A stretch of 64,000 bases of DNA from Myxococcales bacterium (GTDB lineage Bacteria; Myxococcota_A; UBA9042). This document shows, one piece after another, positions 22,243 through 31,810 of this stretch. Location: the NCBI GenBank assembly GCA_037441385.1, contig JBBISH010000016.1, positions 8,700 to 72,699 on the forward strand. Direction: 5' to 3'. Position 1 is the stretch's first letter. Every line of letters begins with the position of its first letter. The notes below the pieces were generated by a model. The model was not told where the DNA came from. It searched no databases and worked only from the letters and a program-made list of their open reading frames with translations. The position numbers and the translations under genes were made by a program.

Positions 22243-23932
22243 TCTTGCCTCCTCGCTGCTGTGCAAAACCGCCCGGCAGCGGCGACGACGCGGCCGGCAG
22301 GGAAGTTCGCACATGGGTCGGCGCCGTCGCGCCCAGTTCGGCCAAGCGGGTTTGCCAGAGGCCGGCGTCGACCGCCAGCAACTCAGCATGCCCGACGCCG
22401 CGGAGCAGTGGCAACCACAGCTGGTGCCCGCGGCGTTTCTTGTCAGTAGCGGTCCGCGCCAGCGTAGTGGCGGTCGCCCATCGTTCCCATTGGGTTTCCA
22501 AACCCAACGCTTCCAGTCCCAGCCGCACCGCTTGCGCTGTGCCGACTTCGGCCAGGCCCAAGCTCTCGGCACACTCGGCCTCGCCCACCAATCCCAGCGC
22601 CACGGCCTCGCCGTGCAGCACCGCGAACTTGCTCTCGGCTTCGATGGCGTGGCCCAGCGTGTGGCCCAGGTTGAGCAGCGCCCGCGCCGATGCGTGGCCG
22701 GGGCCCTGCCGCTCTTCTGGATCCGCGGCCACCACCGCGGCTTTGTGGCGAATCGCCGCCCGCAGGTGCGGGGTCAGCGCGGCCAGCGAGCGCCGCCGCA
22801 ACGCCGGGGCGTCGGCCAGCAACGCCTGCCAAGCCTGGGTATCAAAGGTAAGGAAAATCTTGGCGATTTCTGCCAGACCGGCCCGGAACTGCCGCGCCGG
22901 AAGGGTCTGCAGGGCCTGCAGCGGCAGCCACACCCACTCGGGGCTGTGGAACGCGCCGACTAGGTTCTTGCCTTCTGGTGTGTCGATCGCGGTCTTGGCG
23001 CCCACCGACGCATCGGCCATCGCCAGCACCGTCGTGGGCAGCAAGGCCGTGCGCATGCCGCGCTGCCAGGTCGCCGCACAAAAGCCGGCCACATCCGTCG
23101 TCGCGCCGCCGCCGATCGCCACCAGCAGATCGCTGCGACCCACGCCGGCGGTGGCTAGCGCCGACCAGATCCGGCTGGCGGTGCGCAGGTCCTTGCACTT
23201 CTCGCCCCCGGCCACTTCGATCACCGCGGTGGCGAGTCCGCGCGCTTGCAGCATCTCGACCAGCGGTTGCGCCCACTTGGCCACGCCCCGATCGATCACC
23301 AGCGCCACCTTGCCGCCCGCCGCCAGCGCCACAATGGCTTCCGCAGCTTGGGCCGGTGCGCCGCCGTGCAGCCACACCGGGTGGGTCTGGGCGGCCACGG
23401 TCGCGTCCAGCACGGGCTCGGCCGGCTCCAGCGCACCCAGCACCGCCGTCACCACCGCGCTCAGCGGTTGCGCCGCGTCGACATGCGCGTGGGCCTTGGC
23501 ATAGATCGGCCGGCGCCGCAGCTCTAGCTCCACGAGCGCTGTGCGTGCGCTTTGCCGCGTGTCGCCCAGCAGCGGCCGGTCGGTGTCGTCGTGCAGGGCG
23601 CGCTCGCTCAGCACGTCGACCGGCGCGTCGAGCCACACCACTTGGGCCTTGTCGCGCATGCGCTCGATGCCATTATGGAAACACGGCGCACCGCCGCCAG
23701 CGGCGATCACGGCGGGCGGACCTGCCAGCACTTGCTCCAGTAGCGCCGCCTCGTGGATGCGAAACACCGTCTCGCCCTCGCGACGTAGCATTTCGGCAGC
23801 CGTGCGGCCACTTTCGCGCTGAAGCACGGCGTCCAGATCCAGGCACGGCATGGCCAGCCGCTCGGCCACACGGGCGGCGACGGCGGTCTTGCCAGCTGCG
23901 GGCATGCCTATGATCACGACGCTTTGCCTCAC
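22232..23932 (-). CDS. aroKB: Bifunctional shikimate kinase / 3-dehydroquinate synthase
   Basis: N-terminal GMPAAGKT P-loop, GETVFR, RPLL; C-terminal GEKCKD, GGGATTDVAGF, PTTVLAMADASVGAKT, LNLGHTLGHAIE, LHGEAVALG. Confidence 0.93.
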   Translation of the reverse strand: MRQSVVIIGMPAAGKTAVAARVAERLAMPCLDLDAVLQRESGRTAAEMLRREGETVFRIHEAALLEQVLAGPPAVIAAGGGAPCFHNGIERMRDKAQVVWLDAPVDVLSERALHDDTDRPLLGDTRQSARTALVELELRRRPIYAKAHAHVDAAQPLSAVVTAVLGALEPAEPVLDATVAAQTHPVWLHGGAPAQAAEAIVALAAGGKVALVIDRGVAKWAQPLVEMLQARGLATAVIEVAGGEKCKDLRTASRIWSALATAGVGRSDLLVAIGGGATTDVAGFCAATWQRGMRTALLPTTVLAMADASVGAKTAIDTPEGKNLVGAFHSPEWVWLPLQALQTLPARQFRAGLAEIAKIFLTFDTQAWQALLADAPALRRRSLAALTPHLRAAIRHKAAVVAADPEERQGPGHASARALLNLGHTLGHAIEAESKFAVLHGEAVALGLVGEAECAESLGLAEVGTAQAVRLGLEALGLETQWERWATATTLARTATDKKRRGHQLWLPLLRGVGHAELLAVDAGLWQTRLAELGATAPTHVRTSLPAASSPLPGGFAQQRGGKNAD

Positions 23933-23953
23933 GCTGATGCCTTGCCTATCCGC

Positions 23954-26900
23954 CTACTTGCCCACCGTCAAAGACGACGAGCGGTTGACGATGCGGGGGG
24001 TGATGAAGATGAGCAGTTCCGTGCGCTTGTCTTCTTCGCGGCGGGTGCGGAACATCGCGCCGATCAGCGGAATGTCGCCAAAGAACGGCACCTTCTTGGT
24101 CGAGAGCGAGGTGTTGCGGGTATAAATGCCGCCGATCACCGTCGTCTCGCCGTCGCCCAGCAAAAGCTCCGTATTGGCTTCGCGTTGCGTGATGGTCGGG
24201 TTGCCGTCTGCCGCGCGGTTGCTGAAGTCCGGCTCGTTCTTGGTCACGTTCACGGCCAGCTTGACGTTGCCGTCCTGGGTGATATGCGGCGTGGCCGAGA
24301 GCTTCAGGTCGGCGCTGAAGAAGCGCGTCTGCACGCCCTGGGCCGACACGACCGAGATCGGGATCGAGATGCCTTGCTTGATGGTGGCCTGGTAGTTGTC
24401 CAGCGTCAGCACCTTGGGACTCGAGACGATCTTGACCACACCTTCTTGCTCGGCCGCGCTCAAGCGCAGGTTCAAGTTGCCCGCGCCGCCCAGCGAACCC
24501 AAGGTCAGACCGATCGCACCACCGGCGCCGGTACCCACGGCGGCCGGCAGGTTCACGGCGTAGTTCGGAATCGCCGTCGCAACGCCGTCTTTGTTGGGCG
24601 CCTGGCTGTCCGCGCCGCCGCCCACGCCCACCACGCTGGGGAAGGGCAGGCCGGTCTCGTTGCCGTAGACCGAGCTCATGGCGTAGTTGCCGCCCCACTG
24701 GATACCGACTTCCTTGCTGAACGCCGAGCTGGCCTCGACCACTCGCGCTTCGATCAGCACTTGCGGCGTCTGCCCGTCCAGCTTGCGCACCAGCTCTTCT
24801 ACGGCTGCCACGTGGTCTTCGGTGTCGGTGACCACCAGCGAGTTGGTGCGGGCGTCCATCGTCACCGAGCCCTTCTTGCTCTTGATGGCGTTGGCCTGCG
24901 GCACGAGCTGTTCGGCCTGGGCGTAGTTGACCGGAATGATGCGGACGACCAGCTGCTTGACCTCTTCCAGCTTCTGCCGGCGCTCGACTTCGGCGTCGAA
25001 CTCCTTCTTCAGCGAGTCGATGGTCGCGACGCGGATCACGCCGGCCTGGCGCACGTAGTCGTAGCCGCGGGCGCGCAGGATCACGTCCAGCGCCAGGTCC
25101 CACGGGATGTTCTCCAGGTGGAACGTGACTTTGCCTTGGACTTCCGGCCCGGCGATGATGTTCAGCTTGCCTTCCTTGGCCAGGAACGTCAGCACGTGCT
25201 GGATGTCTGCGTCCTTGATGGTCAAGTTGATGCGCTTGCCGGTGTAGCGGCGGTTCTTGCGCCACGGCGTCTTGATGTCGCCGCCCCCTTCGCCGCCACC
25301 GCTGGGGCCGCCGGCATCTTCGGGCGCCATCACAGGTTGCGGGGCCGCGGCCAACACATCGCCGCCCGACTTCACGGCGCGCGACACGCCCTTGGGGCCG
25401 TCGGCCACTTCTTGGCGCTCGGCGCCTTCCACGCGGTCAAAGTCCCACATCAGCTGGCCGTCACGCAGCGTCACGCGGTCGGCGGCGCGATCGCTCAGAT
25501 CGACCACGACGCGCACTTCGTCCTGCACACCCTCGGGCCGGAACACGGTGACGCGCTCGAGCGGACCTTGCAGCGCCTTGGTGTCGTAGGCGCGCTGCAG
25601 GTGCTCGGGCAGGCGCACGCCGCGCACGGCCAAGACGACGCGGTTGGGCTGGCGGCTGACCACTTCGGCGCGCGCCATCTCGGCGCCGCCACCCAGGGCT
25701 AGCTCGACGTGGCCGCGGCGCCGACCTTCGGCCGTGATGCGCACGTCGTCGATGCGGCCCATGTCGTCGCTCTTGGCGGCGCGCTCGTTGCGGGCCTTCT
25801 GCCGCTCTTGCTCGGCTTCGCGGCGCAGCACCTGGGCCTGGGCGGCGGCCTGCTCGGCGGCAGCCTCGGCATTGCGGCGCTGCTCGGCACCCTGGGCCTC
25901 GCGGCGGGCGCGCTGCAACTCGTCGGCCAGGCGCTGCTTCTCGGCGCGCTCGGCCGCCAAACGCTGCTCCTGCTCGGCGATGCGGCGCTCGGCGTCGGCG
26001 GTCTGGCGCGACTCGGCCTCGCGCTCTTGCCGCTCGCGCTCGGCGCGCGCTTCCAGAACGGCGATGCGGGCCTGCTGGCGCTGCACGTAGTCGCCACCGC
26101 CCTTGCTGCCCGCCGCCGCTTCGGCCTGCTTGCGCCGGTTCTGCTCGGCGGCCAACTGCGACTGCAGGTCCTGCTCGCGCTGGACGTACTTCTCTTCCAG
26201 GGCTTTTTCGCGGGCCTCGTGCTCGGCCTGCAGCTGGGCGCGCACGGTGGCCAGCTCTTTCTCTACGCGCTCTTGGGTGCGCTTTTGCTGCTCGGCAGCG
26301 GCCTTTTCGGCCATGGCCACCTTGGCGCGCACGTCGTCGACCGCGCGTTCGGCCGCCACGATGCGAGCGCGCGACGAGGCGCGATCGCTGCGCATGGCTT
26401 CGAGCTCGCCTTCGCGGGCACGCAGGTTGCGCGACAGATCACCCATCTTCTCTTCGGCTTGCCGGCGAGCGGCCTGCTCGCGTTCGGCTTCGCGCCGCGC
26501 CGCCGCCACCGCCTGGTCGCGGTCGTGCAGCGCCTTCTTGGCCATCTCGGTGTCCTTGCTCAGGCGCTGCGTCTCGCGCTGCGCGGCCTGCGCCTCCTGG
26601 TGCCGACCGGCCGCCGCCGCCGCCTGCTCGCGCCGCTTGGACTCGCCCAGGGCGCGGTTCAGGGCGTCGATGCGCTCTTGGGTCTTGGCCTGCAGGTTGC
26701 GCAGCTCGGCCTCGCGCTGGTCCAGCAGACCCTGTACGGCCTCGGCCTGCTTGCTGGCGGCCGCAGCCTGCTGGCTTGCGGCCACGGCCTTGCGCGACTC
26801 TTGGGCCCGCGCCGCTTCCTTTTCGCGAAGTTGCGCCTCGTACGAGTTGCTGAGCGCCTGCTCGCGACGGGCCAGTTCGGCCTTCAACTCCATGCGCACC

Positions 26901-29900
26901 TGGGCCACACGATCTTCGGCATCGCGCTCCATCTTGCGGACTTCGGCGTCGCGGGCGGCCATCGACGCGTCGATCTGCTTGCGCAGCGCGGCCACCTGAG
27001 CCTCGGCCTGAGCGACCGACTTGCCTTGATCCTGGCCACCCACGCGCAACCGCTGCAGCTCCGCCTCGCGCTCGGCCAGGGCCGTCTGCAGGCGCTGTGC
27101 CTCTTGCTCTGCCGCCGCGCGGGCTTCGGCTTGCCGCTTGGACTCGCCGACTGCATTTTGCAGCGCCGTCTCGCGGGCCTTCAGATCCGTTTGCAGGGAT
27201 CCCAGCGCCGTCTCTAGGCTCTTGCGCTCTTCCTTCGCCTTGTCCGCCTCGGCCGCGCGGCCCTTGGCCTGGGCGTCCTTTTCGCGCTGGCTGGCTTCGT
27301 CCAGCTGGGCTTCCAGAGCCGCCTGGCGGACTTGCATCTCGTCGTGCAGCCGTTGCAGCTCTTGCTCGCGGTCCTTCAGCAAGCCTTCGACGCGGGAGGC
27401 GCGCTCTTGCGCCTGGCGCGCCTGCTCGCCGCGCTCGCTCTGGACGCGGGCCAACTCGCGGGCGTGGGCCTGCTCCAGCTCTTGCCGCATCGCGCCCAGC
27501 CGGCTGTCGAACTGCTCGGCCATGGCCCTTTCGCGGCGGGCCTGATCGGCAAGCTGACTCTGCAGGCGCTGGCGGGCCTCGGCCACGGCGCGCTGGGCGC
27601 TGGCCATTTCGTCCGCTTTGGCGGACTTGCGGGACTTCAGGCTGCCCAGCTCGCGCTCGCGGTCGGCCAGGGCCTTTTGCAGGCGATCCGCCTCTTGCTC
27701 GGCTTTGTCACGGGCTTCGGCCTGCAGCTTCGCCTCGCGGCGCGCGGCGGCCACCGCGTCGGTCTGGCTCTGCAGATCCTTGCGCAACTGGGCCTGTGCG
27801 GCTTCCAGCCGCTGGCGCTCTTGGCGGGCGCTCTCTTGATCGGCGCGTCGACCCTCGCGCAGCGCCTTGTCTTCGGCCGCCTTGACCTCGCGCATCTGGG
27901 CCGCAAGTTTGTCCTCGCGCTCGCGGACCGACGCCTTCAGGGCGGCCACTTCTCGCTCACGCGCGGCCAACTGCTGTTCCACGCCCTGGGCGCGCTGAGC
28001 CGCAGCCGAGCGCTCGCGTTCCAGATCCGCCACCGCCGCCTTGGCGCGCTGCAGCTCGGCCTGCGACGAGGCCAGCTCGGCGCGGACACCCTGCAACTGC
28101 CCCTGCAGCTTGGCCTGCAGCTCGGCCACCTGGCGATCCTGGTCGGCTTGCTGGGCCGCAAGTTGCTGGCGCGCCTTCTGCACCTCGGCTTGGGCCGCGG
28201 CGATCTGATGGTTCGAAGCAGCTTTGCCCTTGGCCAACTCGGCCAGCGCTGCTTCGCGCTCGGCCAGACTGTTGCGCAGCTTTTGGGCCTCGGCCTCGGC
28301 CTGCTGACGCGCCTTGCCGTTGCGCTCCGCCTCGCCGCGGGCCGTCGCCAACTCGCGATCGCGACTGGCCAGCTCTTTGGCCAGCTCGGCCTGCTTGGCC
28401 TCGATGTCGCCGCGCGCCTTTTGCGCCGCCGCCAGCTCACTCTGCTTGCCGGCCCGCTTGGCTTCATCTTCGCGGGCCTTGGCCTGACTCAGCTCGGCCT
28501 TCAGGTTTGCCTCGCGGTCCTTCAGGGCGGTGCGCAGGTTCTGCAACTCGCGCTCGCGCTGATCCAGCAGGTCTTGCACTTGCGCTGCCCGCTGGGCTGC
28601 CGCGGCGTTCTCGCGCTGCAATTCGGCCTTCTCGGCGCGCAGGTCGGCCAGCTGGGCTTGCGCCGCCGCCAAGTCCTTTTGCACGCCCTGCAGCTGACCC
28701 TGGAGCTTTTGCTGCAGCGCGGCCAATTGCGCATCGCGCTCGGCCTCTTGATCGCGCAGCTTGGCGCGCGCGGCTGCCACTTCCGCTTCGGCCTTGGCGA
28801 TCTGCTGACGGCTCGCAGCGGTGCCCTGACCGAGCGATTGCAGGGCGGCCTCGCGCTCGGCCAGCGCCGACCGGAGCTTCTGATTCTCGACCTCGGCTTG
28901 CTGCCGGGCCTGGGTGGTCTTTTCGACTTCGCGGCGCGCGGCCTTCAACTCCTCGTCGCGGCGGCTCAATTCGCGGGCCGCTTCGGCCTGACGACGCTCG
29001 ACGTCGGCACGGGCCTGGCGGGCGGCCTCGACTTCGGCTTGCTTGCCGGCTCGCTCGGCCGCCTGCTCGCGCTGGCGGGCTTGCGCCAGTTCGGCCTGCA
29101 GACCCGACTCCTTGTTCTGCAGCGTTGTCCGCAGGTTCTGCAGCTCGCGCTCGCGCTGGGCCAGCAGGTCTTGGACTTGCTCGGCGCGGGCGGCGGCGGC
29201 GGCCTTCTGCCGCTCCAGATCGGCGTTTTGCTTCTTCAGGCCTGCGACTTCGGCTTGGGCCGAGGCCAGATCGCGCTGCACTTCGTCCAGCTGACCCTGC
29301 AATTTTTGCTGCATGGCCTGCAGTTGCCGGTCGCGCTCGGCGGCCTGCGCCACCAACTGCGCTCGGGCCGCGGCAACCTGGGCCTGCGCCTGCTGGATCT
29401 GCTGGGCGCTCGCGTCCTTGCCCTTGGCCAGGGACTGCAGCGCAGCCTCGCGGTCGGCCAGCACGTTGCGCAGGCGCTCGGCTTCCTGCTCGGCTTGCTT
29501 GCGGGCCTGGGTATTGCGCTCCACGTCTTGACGGGCAGCCGCCAGATCCGCGTCGCGCTTGACCAATTCCTTGCTCAGTTCGGCTTGGCGGGCGCGAATG
29601 GTCTCTTGGGCTTGCTGCGCAGCCGCGACTTCCGCCGCCTTGCCGCCTTGCTTGGCCTGCGCTTCGCGGGCCTTGGCCTCGGCCAATTCCGCGGCCAGCG
29701 ACGACTCGCGATCCTTCAGGGCCAGGCGCAGGTTTTGCAGCTCGCGCTCGCGCTGCCCCAGCAGATCCTGGACGCGACCGGCGCGCTCGGCCGCGGCAGC
29801 CTTCTCGCGCTCAAGGTCGGCCACCTTGGCCTGGCTGGCCGCCAGCTTGCGCTCACTCTCGGCCGCCCGCTCTTCGGCCAGGCGCCACTTGCGCTCGGCC

Positions 29901-31078
29901 TGCTCGCGCTCGTAGTCGGCGCGCTTGGCCTTTTCCAGGGCGTTCTCGGTGTCCATCAAGCGGCTGCGCGCCGCGGCGAGTTCGCCGGCCAGTTGCTCCT
30001 GCTTGCGCTTGGCCTCGGCGTCCGAACCCGCGCGCGCGGCCTGCAGATCGCGGTCTTTTTCGGCCAAGATCTTCTTGAGGTGCTCGACTTCTTCGGCTTG
30101 GGCTTGCCGGCGCGACTCGCTGGCCCGGCGCATCTCGTCGCGGAGCTGCTCGGCCTGTTGCTTGGCCCTTTCCAGCTCGGCTTGCAGCACCGCCAAACGC
30201 TCGTCGCGGGCCGCGCCTTCTTGCTTTTGCAGCGCGGCGATCTGCTGGCGCAGCAGTTCCACGCGCGCTTCCTCGGATTGCCGTTGCGCGACCACAGCTT
30301 GCAGCGAGGCGCGCTCTTTGTTCAGCTCGGCGCGCAAGGCGTCAGCGGCCTTCTGCTCGCTCGCCAGCCGGGCGGCGGCAGCTTGGGCGGCCTGCTCGGC
30401 GTCGGCTAGGCGCTTCTTGAGCGCCTCTTGGGCCTGCAGGTCGGTCTTGGCGCGCGCCAGTTCGTCGGCCAGGCGGTTGCGCTCGTCTTGCGCTTGCTTA
30501 CTGGCCAGCGCGGCTTGCTCTTCGCGGGCGCGGGTGGCGCGCAGTTCGTCGGCCAGCTGCTTTTCGCGCGCGGCGGCGGTCTTGACGGCCTGCTCGTTGG
30601 CCGCCACCTGGGCGCTCTGGGCCTGGTTCAGCTTGCGGTCGCTGCCGTCGACCACGACCACGACGGTATTGCCGTCGGCGCGGACGTGGTACAGGGCATC
30701 TTGTTCAAAGGTCACGACAATTCGACCCACCGGCGCGCCCGACTTCTTGGTCGACTGCACCTCGATGGACCGCACCACGCCGTTGCCCACGTACTTGGGT
30801 GCTTCCAGCCCTTGCACGTCGCTGCCCGCCACGTCGATGAACAGGCGCGAGGGCTTGTCCAGGCGGAAAGTCGTAAACGTAGGCGCCGCCAGACCGCGCA
30901 CCGTGATGACGGTGGTCTGGGTCGCTTCTTGCACGTCGACGGCGGTCAGGGTGTTGCTCGCCTGGCCAGTGCCCTCGGCCGCGAACAAAGGCGTCGCCGG
31001 CAGGGCCATGGTCGTCGACAAGAACAAGCCCATCGACGAGCGCAGCAGCCGCTTGGCCATCGTTTGCTTGGTTCTCAT
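23954..31078 (-). CDS. pilQ: Type IVa pilus secretin PilQ, giant variant (2374 aa) with ~1,600-aa coiled-coil insertion
   Basis: Signal peptide; AMIN-like domain (FRLDKPSRLFIDV); long Ala/Glu/Gln/Arg helical region; second AMIN-like domain; YTGKRINLTIKDADI, IPWDLALDVIL, PQVLIEARVVEAS, GETTVIGGIY, KVPFFGDIPLIG, ELLIFITPRIV; last pil gene of pilMNOPQ. Confidence 0.95.
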   Translation of the reverse strand: MRTKQTMAKRLLRSSMGLFLSTTMALPATPLFAAEGTGQASNTLTAVDVQEATQTTVITVRGLAAPTFTTFRLDKPSRLFIDVAGSDVQGLEAPKYVGNGVVRSIEVQSTKKSGAPVGRIVVTFEQDALYHVRADGNTVVVVVDGSDRKLNQAQSAQVAANEQAVKTAAAREKQLADELRATRAREEQAALASKQAQDERNRLADELARAKTDLQAQEALKKRLADAEQAAQAAAARLASEQKAADALRAELNKERASLQAVVAQRQSEEARVELLRQQIAALQKQEGAARDERLAVLQAELERAKQQAEQLRDEMRRASESRRQAQAEEVEHLKKILAEKDRDLQAARAGSDAEAKRKQEQLAGELAAARSRLMDTENALEKAKRADYEREQAERKWRLAEERAAESERKLAASQAKVADLEREKAAAAERAGRVQDLLGQRERELQNLRLALKDRESSLAAELAEAKAREAQAKQGGKAAEVAAAQQAQETIRARQAELSKELVKRDADLAAARQDVERNTQARKQAEQEAERLRNVLADREAALQSLAKGKDASAQQIQQAQAQVAAARAQLVAQAAERDRQLQAMQQKLQGQLDEVQRDLASAQAEVAGLKKQNADLERQKAAAAARAEQVQDLLAQRERELQNLRTTLQNKESGLQAELAQARQREQAAERAGKQAEVEAARQARADVERRQAEAARELSRRDEELKAARREVEKTTQARQQAEVENQKLRSALAEREAALQSLGQGTAASRQQIAKAEAEVAAARAKLRDQEAERDAQLAALQQKLQGQLQGVQKDLAAAQAQLADLRAEKAELQRENAAAAQRAAQVQDLLDQRERELQNLRTALKDREANLKAELSQAKAREDEAKRAGKQSELAAAQKARGDIEAKQAELAKELASRDRELATARGEAERNGKARQQAEAEAQKLRNSLAEREAALAELAKGKAASNHQIAAAQAEVQKARQQLAAQQADQDRQVAELQAKLQGQLQGVRAELASSQAELQRAKAAVADLERERSAAAQRAQGVEQQLAAREREVAALKASVREREDKLAAQMREVKAAEDKALREGRRADQESARQERQRLEAAQAQLRKDLQSQTDAVAAARREAKLQAEARDKAEQEADRLQKALADRERELGSLKSRKSAKADEMASAQRAVAEARQRLQSQLADQARRERAMAEQFDSRLGAMRQELEQAHARELARVQSERGEQARQAQERASRVEGLLKDREQELQRLHDEMQVRQAALEAQLDEASQREKDAQAKGRAAEADKAKEERKSLETALGSLQTDLKARETALQNAVGESKRQAEARAAAEQEAQRLQTALAEREAELQRLRVGGQDQGKSVAQAEAQVAALRKQIDASMAARDAEVRKMERDAEDRVAQVRMELKAELARREQALSNSYEAQLREKEAARAQESRKAVAASQQAAAASKQAEAVQGLLDQREAELRNLQAKTQERIDALNRALGESKRREQAAAAAGRHQEAQAAQRETQRLSKDTEMAKKALHDRDQAVAAARREAEREQAARRQAEEKMGDLSRNLRAREGELEAMRSDRASSRARIVAAERAVDDVRAKVAMAEKAAAEQQKRTQERVEKELATVRAQLQAEHEAREKALEEKYVQREQDLQSQLAAEQNRRKQAEAAAGSKGGGDYVQRQQARIAVLEARAERERQEREAESRQTADAERRIAEQEQRLAAERAEKQRLADELQRARREAQGAEQRRNAEAAAEQAAAQAQVLRREAEQERQKARNERAAKSDDMGRIDDVRITAEGRRRGHVELALGGGAEMARAEVVSRQPNRVVLAVRGVRLPEHLQRAYDTKALQGPLERVTVFRPEGVQDEVRVVVDLSDRAADRVTLRDGQLMWDFDRVEGAERQEVADGPKGVSRAVKSGGDVLAAAPQPVMAPEDAGGPSGGGEGGGDIKTPWRKNRRYTGKRINLTIKDADIQHVLTFLAKEGKLNIIAGPEVQGKVTFHLENIPWDLALDVILRARGYDYVRQAGVIRVATIDSLKKEFDAEVERRQKLEEVKQLVVRIIPVNYAQAEQLVPQANAIKSKKGSVTMDARTNSLVVTDTEDHVAAVEELVRKLDGQTPQVLIEARVVEASSAFSKEVGIQWGGNYAMSSVYGNETGLPFPSVVGVGGGADSQAPNKDGVATAIPNYAVNLPAAVGTGAGGAIGLTLGSLGGAGNLNLRLSAAEQEGVVKIVSSPKVLTLDNYQATIKQGISIPISVVSAQGVQTRFFSADLKLSATPHITQDGNVKLAVNVTKNEPDFSNRAADGNPTITQREANTELLLGDGETTVIGGIYTRNTSLSTKKVPFFGDIPLIGAMFRTRREEDKRTELLIFITPRIVNRSSSLTVGK
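26150..29810 (-). repeat. Six tandem ~199-aa (about 597-bp) repeats within the PilQ coiled coil
   Basis: Anchor motif V(Q/E)xLLxxRExELxxL recurs at ~29731, 29134, 28537, 27940, 27349, 26695 (spacings 597, 597, 597, 591, 654 bp); ends approximate. Confidence 0.9.
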
Positions 31079-31138
31079 TGCGGTTCTCCTCGCTGGTCTC
31101 GCTCGCCGTCGGCCACGATGGGGCCGCGTCGGGCGGGG

Positions 31139-31810
31139 TCAGGGTACGTCGCCAACATCTTCGTCGCCGGGTTCGCCCACCGAGATGGGCGGAGCCAGCG
31201 ACAACGTCACCGGTTTCTCTTTGCCGGGCACAGACAGAATCACCTTGTACTGGGTGATCGCCGTCACGCGCGCCCCGTCGTTGCCCAATGCGTCGCCGCG
31301 CACCACGTCGCAGCGCCCGCCATCGGGATCCGTAAACACGGCCTTGGGTTGCGCCACGCCGGTCATGATCATGAACAGGACATAGCGCTCGATTGGGCCT
31401 TTGGTCGCACAGGTGTCAGGCAGGTCCGCGGGCCGCTCGTCCATGCCCACGGGCTGGTCCACCACGGCTTGCTCGGGCACCTTGGGCCACTCGACGACCT
31501 TGGTCGTGTTGTCCAGCGACCAATTCACCACGCCGTCGATGGGCTCTTTGGTATACCGGTCGAACAAACCCTTGATGGGCCGCCACTTGGGATTCTCGCC
31601 CAACACTTGATACGCGCCCGAGGCGGCGCTGCTGCTCGAGTTGCTGGACTCCGTGCCGGCCAAGCGGTTCAGGGCCTGGTTCATGTCCTTGGGTGGCGGC
31701 TTCTTGGCCTCGCCGCCGCCGCCACATGCCACCAGCGCCAGCGATGCCAACGCCAGCAGCGCGCGCGCCGCTGGCTTGCCCAGCATGTTCAGGACAGCTG
31801 ACTGCAGCAT
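31139..31810 (-). CDS. pilP: Type IV pilus assembly lipoprotein PilP
   Basis: LALVAC lipobox; PIERYVL.MIMTG...PKAVFTDPDG...VVRGDALG..GARVTAI; position between pilO and pilQ; TGATG coupling to pilO. Confidence 0.8.
   Translation of the reverse strand: MLQSAVLNMLGKPAARALLALASLALVACGGGGEAKKPPPKDMNQALNRLAGTESSNSSSSAASGAYQVLGENPKWRPIKGLFDRYTKEPIDGVVNWSLDNTTKVVEWPKVPEQAVVDQPVGMDERPADLPDTCATKGPIERYVLFMIMTGVAQPKAVFTDPDGGRCDVVRGDALGNDGARVTAITQYKVILSVPGKEKPVTLSLAPPISVGEPGDEDVGDVP

Noticed and set aside
27332..30409. 1025-aa Leu/Gly-rich plus-strand ORF and neighbours
   Set aside because: Antisense shadow of the PilQ coiled coil.
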